54,290 bases of DNA. It comes from Prorocentrum cordatum (taxonomy: Eukaryota). Positions 1-11,489 of the stretch are shown in pieces (the stretch's first letter is position 1; each line of letters starts with the position of its first letter). The stretch covers positions 62,001 to 116,290 of the forward strand of contig CAUYUJ010000253.1 in the NCBI GenBank assembly GCA_963575745.1. Reading direction: 5' to 3'. The notes under the pieces are model-generated. The model searched no databases. It was not told the origin of the DNA and worked only from the letters and a program-made list of their open reading frames with translations. Made by a program: the position numbers and the translations under genes.

Positions 1-376
1 TTGACAGTAGCACTGAGCAGCGGAGAAGCAGAGTACTACGGCATCTTGAAAGGTGGAGCGACAGGCTTTTCCATCAAGGTGATCCTTGAGGATTTCGGTT
101 TCTCTTACAAGTGCATGTGCTTAGTGAGGTGAAGGACGAGCTTTCACTTTCGATTGCTTCGCATCCCCCCCCGCGGCTCGAGCTTTCGCACATAGGCATG
201 GTCTAGGCAGACAGAAACACGTAATGGCTAAGTCTCTGTGGTTTCAAAAGTAAAGTTTGAATCGCCGTTTAAAGATAATCCCTGTAGGTGTCTGAGTGAT
301 CGTTGCCGACTTCTAAACTAAGTGTGTCTCTGATGCAACAGCTTCGGCACCTCAAAGCCATGGGTTCCGTTTTCAG
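1..376 (+). pseudogene. Degenerate Ty1/copia pol C-terminus (RNase H domain)
   Basis: Frame 1 reads LTVALSSGEAEYYGILKGGATG (copia 'ALSSxEAEY' motif). After a frameshift it reads AARAFAHRHGLGRQKHVMAKSLWFQ and VADF*TK (copia 'NxADxxTK'). Several in-frame stops. Confidence 0.85.
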
Positions 377-475
377 ATATGTCTGGAGCCAGTTGCACAG
401 GAAACTTTAGGCAGTCCATATCGTGTGAGCATGAATTCGTGGAAGACCTGTCCCGAGGTCGTGCAGACTTGTCTT

Positions 476-683
476 AGGAGGAGCGCAGATATTAGAATCC
501 CCGGAGGTTTATCTGGCACGATTCTCCCGTTCGTGAGTTCTATCATGTGTCTCACGTTGTGGCTTGATGTTTCTCACGTGCACGTGTATGCTTCTTATAT
601 TGAATTCGTGCGTAAACGTTTTGGCTTCCTTTTCAGGCGCTGCGTTGGAAAAGAACCACATCTCCCAGGAACATTCTATTTAC
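476..683 (+). mobile_element. Probable polypurine tract and 3' LTR relic of the copia element
   Basis: AGGAGGAG at 476-483 lies ~100 nt after the RNase H end. It is followed by CG (possibly a mutated TG) and a ~200-nt lower-GC segment ending ...TTTACA. Boundaries inferred; no second LTR in the window. Confidence 0.4.
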
Positions 684-1513
684 ACAGGACCCCCAGTCTG
701 GACCCGGTGATCCAGGGGGTCTCGACTGGAGGGGAGGGTGGTTTGATGGCCCCCGGGATCCGTCAAAAACCACCCCCGCCCCCAGCCAGGAACCCTTGGA
801 TCATCAGGTCGGGAGCGGAGGTCCTGGCTGGAAGGGGGGGGGTGTTGTGCCGTGCTGTCCTCATGATACTTGTCCCCAGCCTGGCGAGTTCCGTTCAGGT
901 TCACCATTATGCAGTTTCTGCCTGCCGGTTTGGCAGGACGGCGACGCTCAGCGGCGCCCTGTCTGCAGCACTTCGAGTGCCATGTACAAGCCTGGGGGTG
1001 ACAATGGATACACAGATATTGTGCTCCAGGTAGGTTCTCAGCTATAAGAATCCGTTGGTATTAGGCTACAAGAAGGATGACCAAGGAGGCCATCGCAGGC
1101 CGCCTTAATGAAGGGCATCTTGTGCCGTCTTGGAGGGATCTTGGGGCCATCCTGGGCTGTCTTGGACGCCGTCTTGGAGGCCATCTTGGAGCCATCTGGA
1201 GCGGACAAGAGAACCCTCGCCTCCCACTGGGAACGCTTTCTGGGTGGCCAGCGCATCAGGCCAAGACCCCAGTCTAGGTATGTTGCAAGAATCAACGCGT
1301 TCAAAAGTCTTGCACGCCGTGCACCCTTGTGGCAAGCCAACGGGGAACTGGGGGTGGCAGATCGAAGACACCGACAGCGAATCACTGCCGCCCCCTGCCT
1401 TTGGAAACGCCCACGCGGCTAAACGTTGGGCTGAATTCTGGCCTAGCTATTGGCAAATGTGCTCCCCCAGCCGTTATGGAAACCATCGGGGGAACATTTG
1501 GGAGAGGAAAGTG

Positions 1514-1950
1514 AAGGAGGAGGAGTCGTGAGGAGAAGGGGGAGGAGGAGGAGGAGGAGGAAGAGGAGGAGGAGGAGGAGGAGGAGGAGGAGGAGGAGGA
1601 GGAGGAGGAGGAAGAGGAGGAAGAGGAGGAGGAGCCCTCTTGGGGCCTCCTGGGGACTTCCTGGTGGCCTGTTTGGGGCCTCCTCGGGCCTCTCGGAGAC
1701 CTGGGGCCTCTTGGGGGCTTCTGGAGGCCTCTGAGGGACACCTTGACCTTCGGAGGCTCCTCCTCCTCCTCCTCCTCCTCCTCCTCCTCTTCCTCCTCCC
1801 TTCCCTCCTCCTCATCCTCCTCTTCCTCCTCCTCCTCCTCCTCCTCCTCCTCCTCCTCCTCCTCCTCCCCTGATGTGCAGTCCTCCTCCTCCTCCTCCTC
1901 CTCCTCCTCCTCCTCCTCCTCCTCCTCCTCTTCCTCCTCCTCCTCCCCTG
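1514..1950. repeat. (GAG)n then (CCT)n trinucleotide tracts; same motif recurs throughout the window
   Basis: Directly visible. Also at ~3780-3905, 8610-9225, 24900-25035, 28830-29680, 35050-35220, 40740-41030, 44180-44430, 46200-46410, 47190-47870, 50700-50870, 52080-52540 and 54246-end. Confidence 0.97.
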
Positions 1951-3087
1951 ATGTGCAGTCGTGTGCCCCTCTTTGGGCGCTACATGGCTGTTTTGGGAGC
2001 TTCTTGGGCCGTCTTGGGAGCTTCTTGAGCCGTCTTGCGGGCCTCGTGGGGGGCCTCTTGGGCTATTTCGGAACGATCTTGGGAGCCTATGGGACCGTCT
2101 TGGAGCGTCGGAGGCCCGAAAAGGCGAGAACGCTGAGATCGTTGAAAAGCCTCGAACAATCACTGATCTGGGGCTCCTCGACGTCCTCTCGTGGACCTCT
2201 TGGGCCATCTTGAGGCCATCGTTTGGGTGTATCTTGGGCCGATGCGGAAACATCTTGGGGCCCTGGGGGCTCTCTTGGGGCCACCTTGGGCTCTCCGGGG
2301 TGCCATCTTGGAGCCCTCTGGGGCGGACAACACAAACCCTTGCCTCCCACCTCCGGGAACGCCTTCCGGGTGGCCGGCGCAGCCGGCCGAGACGTCCTGC
2401 TCTGGGTGTCATGCCAGAGCCAGCACGTTCAGACGTCCTGCGCGCCGTGCACCCTTTGCGTCAGGCGGTCGGCGCGGGGGCAAGCCCCGCTCCTGCTGCG
2501 CATGGCGTGCGTATCCGAGTGCGCGGCGCTGGCGGCGCGGCGTACCGCGCAGCTCCCCGAGGTGCCCGACGGAGTCGGGCGCCTCTTCGGGGCGCTTGCG
2601 GCTGCGCTCGTCGCCCGACCCTGCTCGCCAACAAAAAAAAAAACACCCTTGGGTCCGGCGGTCGCAGACACGGATCACAGGGGGCGCGGACGAGCGACGG
2701 GTCCCGTCTCCGTGGGCCATCGCGGGCTTCCGCCGCCGACGGCGAGGCGGCACTGGGCCGCGTTTTTGGGGAGGGCGCCTCCCCCGATCCATGGATTTGG
2801 CGACCGCGCGCCAAATCCATGGATCGCTGATCCATGTCTGCGCGCCCCCGATTGTGGCAAGTCAACGGGGGGCGGCGGATCGAAGACACCTGCGGCGAAT
2901 CAATGTGGCAACTCCTGACCTATTGGACAGCGTGTCCCCCGGTGTCCACTCGAGACAGACAGCCGCCTGCCCAACAGCGGCCGCTGCTGGTTTGGGACAA
3001 CATTTATTGTTGGGCATTGTACTTACCCCTTCTTTCCGTACCCATGTCGGGCGTCCACATCTCGGGGGTCAGCCAGAGCGCCCGATT

Positions 3088-3335
3088 TTTTGCAGGATGC
3101 TGCACGGCCGGGGTCGCATTGATCCGGGCGTGGGCGCAGGGTCCTGCAGGATCTTGCGGGTGCCCTCGCGCTGACCTGGGCTAGGGTGCGGGACCTTGCA
3201 GGATCTTGCAAGATCTTGCAAGGACCTGGGTTAGGGTGCAGGACCTTGCAGGATCTTGCAGGTGCCCTCGCGCTGACCTGGGTTAGGGTGCAGGACCTGG
3301 GTTGGGGTGCAGGACCTTGCAGGATCTTGCAAGGC
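3088..3335 (+). repeat. Degenerate tandem repeat built on TGCAGGA(T/C)CTTGCA
   Basis: Multiple 'tgcaggatcttgc'/'tgcaggaccttgc' units, plus a duplicated 'gtgccctcgcgctgacctggg'. Confidence 0.85.
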
Positions 3336-3431
3336 CTGACTGACCCGGGGCTGGATCGACCCGGGTCAGCAGATCCCCGGCGCGTGCGCGCGGCAGGTGG
3401 GGCCCGTTGGGCGAAGGGCGGCTGGCCATGC

Positions 3432-3594
3432 TCAGGAGGGAAAGAAACACACAGACACAATTATTCGTCGATTCCCTAGAAAATATGGGAAAATATAGGA
3501 AGTGGGGGGGAAGACAAAAACCGAGAAAATATTGGAAAATATGGGGAACACTTTTATTTGTGTGTATTTATTTGTGTGTCCTGGGGCCCCTTCA
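3432..3594 (+). mobile_element. ~163-bp interspersed element A (TCAGGAGGG...CCCCTTCA), copy 1 of 10
   Basis: Related copies at 4692-4854, 25450-25627, 25792-25954, 32939-33100, 34157-34556, 34676-34870, 36641-36811, ~37722-37860 (5'-truncated) and 38078-38240. No TSD visible at this copy. Confidence 0.9.
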
Positions 3595-4691
3595 GAGGTT
3601 GGGGGCAGGAGGGCCTCGGTGCCAGGGCCGCGGGAGGCAGGGGCGACGGGGCGGAGGCCCGCGGAGGCCCGCAGCGGAGCCGCGGCGGCGGAGGCCCCCC
3701 GGGGGGGTCCCGCTGGGCGGCAAGGCTGGGGGCCCCCGTCGGCCCGCGCCGCGGCTGTCGCCGTCGAGGTCCCCAGCCCTCCTCCTCCTCCCCCTCCTCC
3801 TCCTCCTCCCCCCCTCCTCCTCCTCCTCCTCCTCCTCCTCCTCCTCCTCTCCTCCTCCTCCTCCTCCTCCTCCTCCTCCTCCCCCTCCTCCTCCTCCTCC
3901 TCCTCGCGCCGACGCGGGGCACAGCGTGGCATCGCTCGGACGTATGGATTTCTGTTCTCGGCGAGGGCCATCGAGGAGCATCCTGCATCCTCGGGCAAAA
4001 GAGCACGCGCAACACCGAGAAATGCACGGGGAGTGGACGTCCGCGCGATGGCGAGACATCGGGGGGCCGCAGGGTAAGGTCGCTCACGCTGATGCCCCGC
4101 TTTGGCTAATTTCGAGCACCCCGAAAAGTATCGAAACAGTGTCTGCCCGACACGCTGGCGAAGTGCCGAGCTAGTATCGCCTCCCAGGGCCCGACACGTG
4201 AAAACCGTCCAGTTATGACATTCTCTGGGCGCTCGAGATTCTTTCTTGTGATCGAGGCTAAAGTAGCGTGGAACATCATAACTTTGAGGTCGGCGGACTG
4301 GTGAGCAGAAGGGTCGGTGTCCGCGCAGAGGAACGCGCACCATTCGCCCCAGGACCTTGGCACCAGCCCTCGCGCGGAGGACGGCGTCGAAGGGCCGGCG
4401 TCCGCGCAGAGGAGCGCGCGCGCCATTCGCCCCCGGGCCTCGGCACCAGCCCTCGCGCGGAGGACGGCGTCGAAGGCGGGGGGTCAGCTGGCCCGTCGGG
4501 GGGCGCGCGGTCCCGGGATGGGCTGCCTGGGGGCGGGGGTGGGAGCGTGCGCCGCGAGGCCGGCCGCCTGCACCCGGGGCACACCAACAGACGCACGCAC
4601 ACGCACGCACGCACGCACGCGCGCGCGCACGCGCGCACGCACGCACACACACGCAAGCTCGCTCGCTCGCTCGCTCGCACACACACATACA

Positions 4692-4854
4692 TCAGGAGGG
4701 AAAGAAACACACAGACACAATTAATCGTCGGTTTTCCAGAACATATGGGAAAATATGGGAAGTGGGGGGGAAGACAAAAACTCAGAAAATATAGGAAAAT
4801 ATGGGGGATATTTTTATTTGTGTGTATTTATTTGTGTGTCCCAGTTCCTCTTCA
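4692..4854 (+). mobile_element. Element A copy with 5-bp TSD ATACA
   Basis: ataca|tcaggaggg...cctcttca|ataca. Confidence 0.9.
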
Positions 4855-5056
4855 ATACAGTCGGCCCGGATTAGTAGGTCGACCCTGCCAAGTCAAGTGT
4901 ACTCTTGTGTCCTGTGCATCGCGCGTCGTGTCCTCCTGCAGTCCTGGGAAGGGGCCATGTTGGAGGCCATGTTGCAGGCACCCTTGTTGGAGGCCGTGCT
5001 GCCGTCGGAATAGTCTTGTGTCCTGTCGCGTGTCCTGTGCAATGAATTCTGCCTGT

Positions 5057-5181
5057 GCACACACGCGCAAACACACGCACATACACAGCGCGCAAACACG
5101 CACGCACGCACGCACGCACGCACGCGCGCACACACGCACACACATACACACACACTTACACGCACACGTGCACGCACACTT

Positions 5182-5222
<41 letters not shown>

Positions 5223-5293
5223 CTTGCACACACACACACGCGCAATTACCTTTGCACACACATACACACATACACACGCACTCACACACGTAC
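5057..5293. repeat. (CA)n/(CACG)n compound microsatellite
   Basis: Directly visible; a similar tract lies at 4590-4690. Confidence 0.95.
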
Positions 5294-5589
5294 ACTTCCC
5301 CCCGCTGGTGACCTCCCCCTCGCCCGGGCAGGAGGAGGGGAGGATATCGGGGGCAATGTTGGGGGGGATAATGCCCAGGGGTGGGGTTCAGCGGCCCCAA
5401 CCGGCCATTCATCGCAGATAGAGGTCCGATAGCCCACCCCGCCCAGGAACATGTGGATTCGCTATCGTGGACCTGCTGCCGATGTACCGGAGGTCAGTTG
5501 CCGATTTCAGGTCGATGTCCCGCCTCCTGAGCCGGTCCCCCACCTAACGTTCCCCATCAAGATGGGCATCAGCATAGGCACGTGTGTCC

Positions 5590-6580
5590 CTGTCTTCCCA
5601 GTTTGATGCCTCGTTTTGCCGCGAGGTCGGCATCCTGGCCAGATGCCTCGTTCGCGCAGTTTGCGTGGCCCCTGCGGCATGCGGTATGCGTGTTTTTCTG
5701 TTGGTGTCGGCGGCGCTCCCAGGGGGGAAGCGAACGAGGGGGCAGGCCTTCTGCGGAGGCGCGTGGCTTCTCAGGAGCCCCCTGACCTTCTGCTAAGCGT
5801 TCCGTGCCTGCGGGGAGTTTTTTTTCGAGCATTTGCCAGGAGGCCCGAGGCTCTCCGAGCTCTGCGTCTCCCAGCGCGCTCCACCGCTCGCAGAGGGCCC
5901 GCTCGCAGGCGTCCGAGGCGCACACGTGCTCGCAGCGTCGTGGCAGCGGCCCGTAGAGTTCCCCCCCCCCGCGGCGGCTCCGGGCCCCGTGCGAGCAGCT
6001 GCCCTGCGCGCAGTGGAGCGCGCCCGTCTTCTCTTCGGGTGCTGCTGGAAGTGCCCCTGGCCCAAGGTGCCCCCAGGTTTCCGCTCCATTCTGGAGTCCC
6101 TGGGGCCCTCTGGGCCTCGTGAGGGGTGCCCTGGAGGCCGTTCGGGCCACGCCGAGAATCCTAGGGGGACCTTGGGCCAGGGGCACTTCTAGCAGCACCC
6201 GATCTCTGAGAGGGCCCGCCCCTTCTCGCTTTCCCCCCCGGGGGCTCGCCGACGGCGGTCGGCCTGCCAGGGGGGTGGTGCGCCAGCCACGGCGCCTCGC
6301 CGCCGTCCCCCCACCTGCTGCCGCCGCTGCGGGGAGCAGCGACCGCCTGGAGCGCGCAGCCCTGCCTCTTATGAAGAAGAAGCAGCGTCGGGGGTGGACA
6401 GACCTCCTACCCTGACACGTCGATTAGCGAATTGGCCGTTTTCGGTGCGCGAGAGGGCGTCGCGGCCGTCATTTTTGCGGGTCCAGGTCCGTCGGTTTCA
6501 GGCCGTTGTCAGTAAGCGGAGGTTTACTAAAGGGAGGTTTGTCCACCGCCGAAAGAAGCAGCGGCGTGAACGTGAACTTT
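5590..6580 (+). repeat. Interspersed repeat family (…gagcgcgcagccctgcctcttatgaagaagaagcagcg…)
   Basis: A second diverged copy lies at ~7935-8570 and a fragment at ~27520-27665. Confidence 0.75.
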
Positions 6581-7729
6581 CGGGGCTCCGCGCGAGTCTC
6601 TTGGATCGGCGCCGGGCCCCCGTGGCGGCGCCGCCCAAAGCGCGCTCCGCGCGCCAGGGAGGGAGGTCTGGTGCGGATCCGAGGATGCCGCGCTCTGGAG
6701 GCCAGTGCTTGTGCATTTTTTTGTGTGTTCTCTATTTTTTGTCAGCTGGCCCTTTCCAGGCCAGGATCTGCCGCTGTTTATCTGGGCAAGTTCTGCCGCA
6801 CGCGTCAAGCTGACACCGCACTTCCTTTTGCTTTGTTGCCGCCTTGGGGGGCAGGATTTGTCCGCCCCAGTCCTCGCCGGCAGCATGCAGCGGCTCCAGA
6901 GAACCTTTTTCAGCACACCGTGCGTGTTCGTTTGAGCGGCTCGATTGACCGTCGTGGCTACGAGTGGGTCGAGTCAGAAAACCCTTGCCTCTCTCTCTCG
7001 AGCAAGAGAATGACGCAGACGACGTTCGGAGGTCCGCAGTCCTTGGATCGGCGCTGGACCCCCTTCCGTGGCGCGCGGAGCGCGCCAGGGGCGGGGCCAC
7101 GGGCGCTGCCGGGGGGGCTGAGCGCCGATCTGAAACATTCGCGCAGAGCTCCGACGGTTGTGATTGTGCACTTTTCGTCCTGTTCTTCCTGACTGCTGGT
7201 CTCGTCCTCCTGGTGCCTTCTGTCGCCGCTCCCCCCTCTTGAGTCTCTTCTGCCTTCAGCCCCTGCTCGCTCGTCGAGGGTCTCGATTTGGCAGCCGGCG
7301 CCTTCGAAGTACAGTGGTAACGGTCTCGGGGCCAGATCTGCACACTGCACACCCTTGTTGTTGGCCGCACTGGTGCGAGCGTTCTTTGATGTACTAGATG
7401 GCTGGTCGGCGGCGCCCGGTTGGACGATGCTGCATGGGTTGGCCGTTAGGTCTCTGGTGCCAGGGCTCGACCTTAAGTGTGTTTTGGCGATTTCGTTGGC
7501 TGTTTTCGTTTCGATGTCGTTTTGCAGCAGAGGCGGATTGAGCACAAAAACGACGGAAAAAGAAAACAGCACGAACACGAAAACACTGTTTAGGTCGAGA
7601 CCTGTTGTGTGCAGGCCTATGAAGTTTGGGCGGGGGATCTGTCAGGGTCGGTGTATCTCTGCGACCACTTGCGAACTCTACCCCTGCAGGTCCAATCGAC
7701 GCTGGGGTATCGGTCGGGGGCCCCAAACG

Positions 7730-7911
7730 GTGCGGTGACCACACCGTGCGGTGAGTCGGTGGGGATCACCGCACGGTTTTGGGACTCGGGTCGTTCTCCG
7801 AGGACGTCTCGGGCGACATGGGCCTCCAGGGTCCCAAAACCGTGCGTTGACAGACCGTGCGGTGAGGCCTCTTAGGGTTCCGAGGTCACCGCACGGTTTG
7901 TCACCGCACCG
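7730..7911. mobile_element. Small MITE-like element with terminal inverted repeats
   Basis: Left 'gtgcggtgaccacaccgtgcggtga' is the near reverse complement of right 'tcaccgcacggtttgtcaccgcac'. Confidence 0.7.
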
Positions 7912-9407
7912 TTTCGGGACTCCAAAATCGGACGCACCCGCCGGGCGTCACTTCGCTGCAGGCATCCTCCGAGTCCTGAGCCCAGGCCAGCTTTTCAGGA
8001 ATCGGGTCCACATGAGCGACGGCAAATAAGAGGGTCGACTACGCCGACATCGTCGCGTGAGATGCCCTCGTAAGGTCGCGCGCAAGCGCCCTCGTTTCCA
8101 CTGTAACGTGCCACGCTGGCGGCCCCCGAAAGCCACCGCGTAAGGTCGCCATGGCATCTCGCGTAAGACGCGTTTCTTTTCGTCGCTCATATGTCCGAGC
8201 GCGTTCCACCACTCGCAAAGTGCCTTCTCACACGCGTCCGAAGCGCACATGTTGTCACATGCTCGCACCGTGGCAACGGATCGCAGATCCCCCCGCGGCG
8301 GCTCCAGGCCGCGTGCGAGCAGCTACCCTGCGCGCAGTGGAGCGCGCTTGTCTTCTCCGAGAGACCCGCCCCTTCTCGCTTTCCCCCCAGGCTCGCCGAC
8401 GGTGGGCCTGCCAGGGGGGTGGTGCGCCAGCCACGGCGCCTCGCCACAGTCCCCCCGCTGCTGCCACCGCAGCGGAAGCAGCGATCGCCTGGAGCGGGCA
8501 GCCCTGCCTCTTATGAAGAAGAAGCAGCGGCGTGAACGTGAACGTTCGGGGCTCCGCGCGGGTTGCCCACTGGTTGGGATGTCTGAGCGATAGCGGCCGT
8601 GATCGGCCCTCCCCCTCCCCCTCCTCCTCCTCCTCCTCCTCCTCCTCCTCCTCTTCCTCCTCCTCCTCCTCCTCCTCCTCCTCCTCCTCCTTCTCCTGCT
8701 GCTGCTCCTCCTCCCTCCACCCCCCGGACCACGGCATGCTGTTTGTTGCCCACATGTGCAACGATGTCCCAGGGATTCTTCGAGGACTTCCTGAGGAGAT
8801 CTCCGGCGGCCCCCGCCGCGATGTGATCGGGGGGGTGCGAATTCTCCCCCCCCCACCCACACCACCCACCCACCCACCCACCCACCCCCACCCCGCCCGC
8901 TCCACCTCACTCCTCCTCTCCTCCTCCTCCTCCTCCTCCCTCCTCCTCCTCCTCCTCCCTCCTCCTCCCTCCTCCTCCTCCTCCTCCTCCTCCTCCTCCT
9001 CTCTCCTCCTCCTCCTCCTCCTCCCCTCCTCCTCCTCCTCCTCCTCCTCCTCCTCCTCCTCCTCCTCCTCCTCCTCCTCCTCCTCCTCCTCCTCCCCTCC
9101 TCCTCCCTATTCCTCCTCCTCCTCCTCCTCCCCTCCTCCTCCTCCTCCTCCTCCTCCTCTCCTCCTCCTCCTCCTCCTCCTCCTCCTCCTCCGCCTCCTC
9201 CTCCTCCTCCTCCTCCTCCTCCCCCGATCACGCCCGTTCTCGCGAGTAATTACCCTGCGACGTACCCAACCCTTTCTATACATGTGGTGGTTACATTCGG
9301 GATCACTCAGTGCTGACGGGCATGCTGAAAAACCCGCAGTGCGGAAGAAGAACACCCATCAGTGAACTCAGAAGAGCGCAGCAAGAAGAGCAGCGGCAAC
9401 GCGTAAG

Positions 9408-10712
9408 ACGTACCTCTGCTGGGCCTCCCAGGAGCCCACGAAAGTGGTGACAGTTGCGCAGATCGCAGCCCCCCAGGGCGCCGCGAGGTCTCGAGGTGGT
9501 CCGCGTGGGACGTACTTCCGCTGGGCCTCCCAGGAGCCCGCGAAAGTGGCGACAGTTGCGCAGATCGCAGCCCCCCCAGGGCGCCGCGTGGGACGTACTT
9601 CCGTTGGGCATCCCAGGAGCCCACGAAAGTGGCGGCAGTTGCAAACATCGCAGCCCCCCCAGGGCGCCGCGAGGTTTCGAAGTGGTCCGCGTGGGAAGTA
9701 CCTCCGCTGGGCCTCCCAGGAGCCAACCAAAGAGGCGACAGCTGCGCAGATCGCAGCCCCCCAGGGCGCCGCGAGGTCTCGAGGTGGTTTGTGTGGGACG
9801 TACCTCCGCTGGGTCTCCCAGGAGGCAACGGAAGTGGGGACAGTTGCGCAGATCGCAGCCCCCCAGGGCGCCGCGAGGTCTCGAGGTGGTTTGTGTGGGA
9901 CGTACCTCCACTTGGTCTCCTAGGCCACGGAAGTGGGGACAGTTGCGCAGATCGCAGCCCCCCAGGGCGCCGCGAGGTCTCGAGGTGGTTTGTGGGGACG
10001 TACCTCCGCTGGGCCTCCCAGGAGCCCACGAAAGTGGTGACAGTTGCGCAGATCGCAGCCCCCCAGGGCGCCGCGAGGTCTCGAGATGCTCCGCGTGGGA
10101 CGTACCCCCGCTGGGCCTCCCAGGAGCCCACGAAAGTGGCGACAGTTGCGCAGATCGCAGCCCCCAGGGCGCCGCGAGGTCTCGAGGTGGTTGTGTGTGA
10201 CGTACCTCCGCTGGGCCTCCCAGGAGCTCACGAAAGTGGCGACAGTTGCGCAGATCGCAGCCCCCCCAGGGCGCCGCGAGGTCTCGAGGTGGTTGCGTGG
10301 GACGTACCTCCGCTGGGCCTCCCAGGAGCCCACGAAAGTGGGGACAGTTGCGCAGATCGCAGCCCCCCAGGGCGCCGCGAGGTCTCGAGGTGGTTTGTGT
10401 GGGACGTACCTCCGCTGGGTCTCCTAGGCCACGGAAGTGGGGACTGTTGCGCAGATCGCAGCCCCCCAGGGCGCCGCGAGGTCTCGAGGTGGTTTGTGTG
10501 GGACGTACCTCCGCTGGGCCTCCCAGGAGCCCACGAAAGTGGCGACAGTTGCGCAGATCGCAGCCCCCCAGGGCGCCGCGGGGTCTCGAGGTGGTTTGTG
10601 TGGGACGTACCTCCGCTGGGCCTCCCAGGAGCCCACGAAAGTGGCGACAGTTGCGCAGATCGCAGCCCCCAGGGCGCCGCGAGGTCTCGAGGTGGTTTGT
10701 GTGGGACGTACC
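9408..10712 (+). repeat. Tandem array, ~101-bp unit, ~13 copies
   Basis: Unit gggacgtacctccgctgggcctcccaggagcccacgaaagtggcgacagttgcgcagatcgcagccccccagggcgccgcgaggtctcgaggtggtttgtgt. Anchors at 9421, 9523, 9606 (deleted unit), 9709, 9811, …, 10618. Confidence 0.97.
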
Positions 10713-11394
10713 TTGGGAGGGGCATGCGTCCGCTAATCGACCCCCCTCTTTAGCAAGCGTTTTTGATAGGTTTTGTGATCAACATGGGCCCGCTGGAAGT
10801 TGCATTTTCGACTACTTTGTCCAGCTGCGCGAGAACATTTTTAGACCCTGACCCCAACGTGTGCGAGCACTTTTCGAGGGGGTCTTGCATGCCAGCATCC
10901 GTGGCTTCATATATCCGCTCGCATCGGCCAGCTTCGTGCGGGAATGGGCTGTGCTATCACCCATGTCTTCCTCTTGGGTGCTCTCTTTGGGGTTGTCGAT
11001 TGTCTTATATGTTCAATAAACAGCAGGGGAGAGGATTCTAAAAGAAGCTGGCGCGATGTCCGCGGAAGCAGGCGGAGGCAGAGCGAGGGCGGCCTTGGTG
11101 GCGGACCCCAGTCTGGCCCGCGACCTCTTGGCCCCTCCCCCGCCGAGATAGCACAGGTTGGCGTGGGCATGCCCGAGGATGTGTCCTCCCCCTTCGCTGG
11201 GGGGTTAGGCCGTATCGCGCGGCACGCCCATGCTGGCTTGTGCTGTTTACGCCCGCATACGGCGCAATTCGAACTCATACGCGCCCGGCACATAAACAAT
11301 CAGACGCGCGCTGCTAATACATGTGGAAAGGGCAAAACATTGCAACAAACCTTCGGGCCACCCAAGTAAACCAAACATCATGTTCTTGCAACAA

Positions 11395-11417
11395 CCCGTA
11401 ACCATGTTTGGCTCAAG
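11395..11417 (+). promoter_or_regulatory. Relict dinoflagellate spliced leader (DinoSL) upstream of the transposase
   Basis: cccgtaaccatgtttggctcaag versus DinoSL DCCGTAGCCATTTTGGCTCAAG: one substitution and one inserted base in the core. Lies 72 nt before ATG 11490. A pyrimidine-rich AG (ccttttgtatcccag, 11461-11475) follows. Confidence 0.85.
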
Positions 11418-11489
11418 CCTCGAGGACAGCGCGCCCCATATTGCATAAATTGTGGTTTTGCCTTTTGTATCCCAGCACGCGTTGCTCGC

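Noticed and set aside
3175..3310. GGGTTAGGG as telomeric repeat
   Set aside because: Isolated occurrences within a different repeat; no tandem TTTAGGG/TTAGGG array.
2515..7320. Possible upstream exons of the MATH gene (2519-2605 ECAALAARR…, 5468-5491 VDLLPMYR, 7291-7317 AAGAFEVQW)
   Set aside because: Coding-like, but I could not join them in frame to 25170 with supportable splice sites; left uncalled.
1382..9365. Numerous long ORFs with poly-S/P/L/E/R/G or HT/CV runs
   Set aside because: They are translations of (CCT)n, (GAG)n and (CA)n tracts and of GC-rich repeats that lack stops; open in several frames at once.
9226..9400. Left terminal inverted repeat of the large transposon
   Set aside because: No matching inverted sequence is visible before the gap, so it cannot be assigned.
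9408..10712. Possible CRISPR array
   Set aside because: Units are contiguous near-identical repeats with no unique spacers, no cas genes are present, and the context is eukaryotic. The same applies to 21890-23990.
9303..10851. 200-370-aa repetitive ORFs on both strands
   Set aside because: Artefacts of the 101-bp tandem array, whose unit is not a multiple of three.
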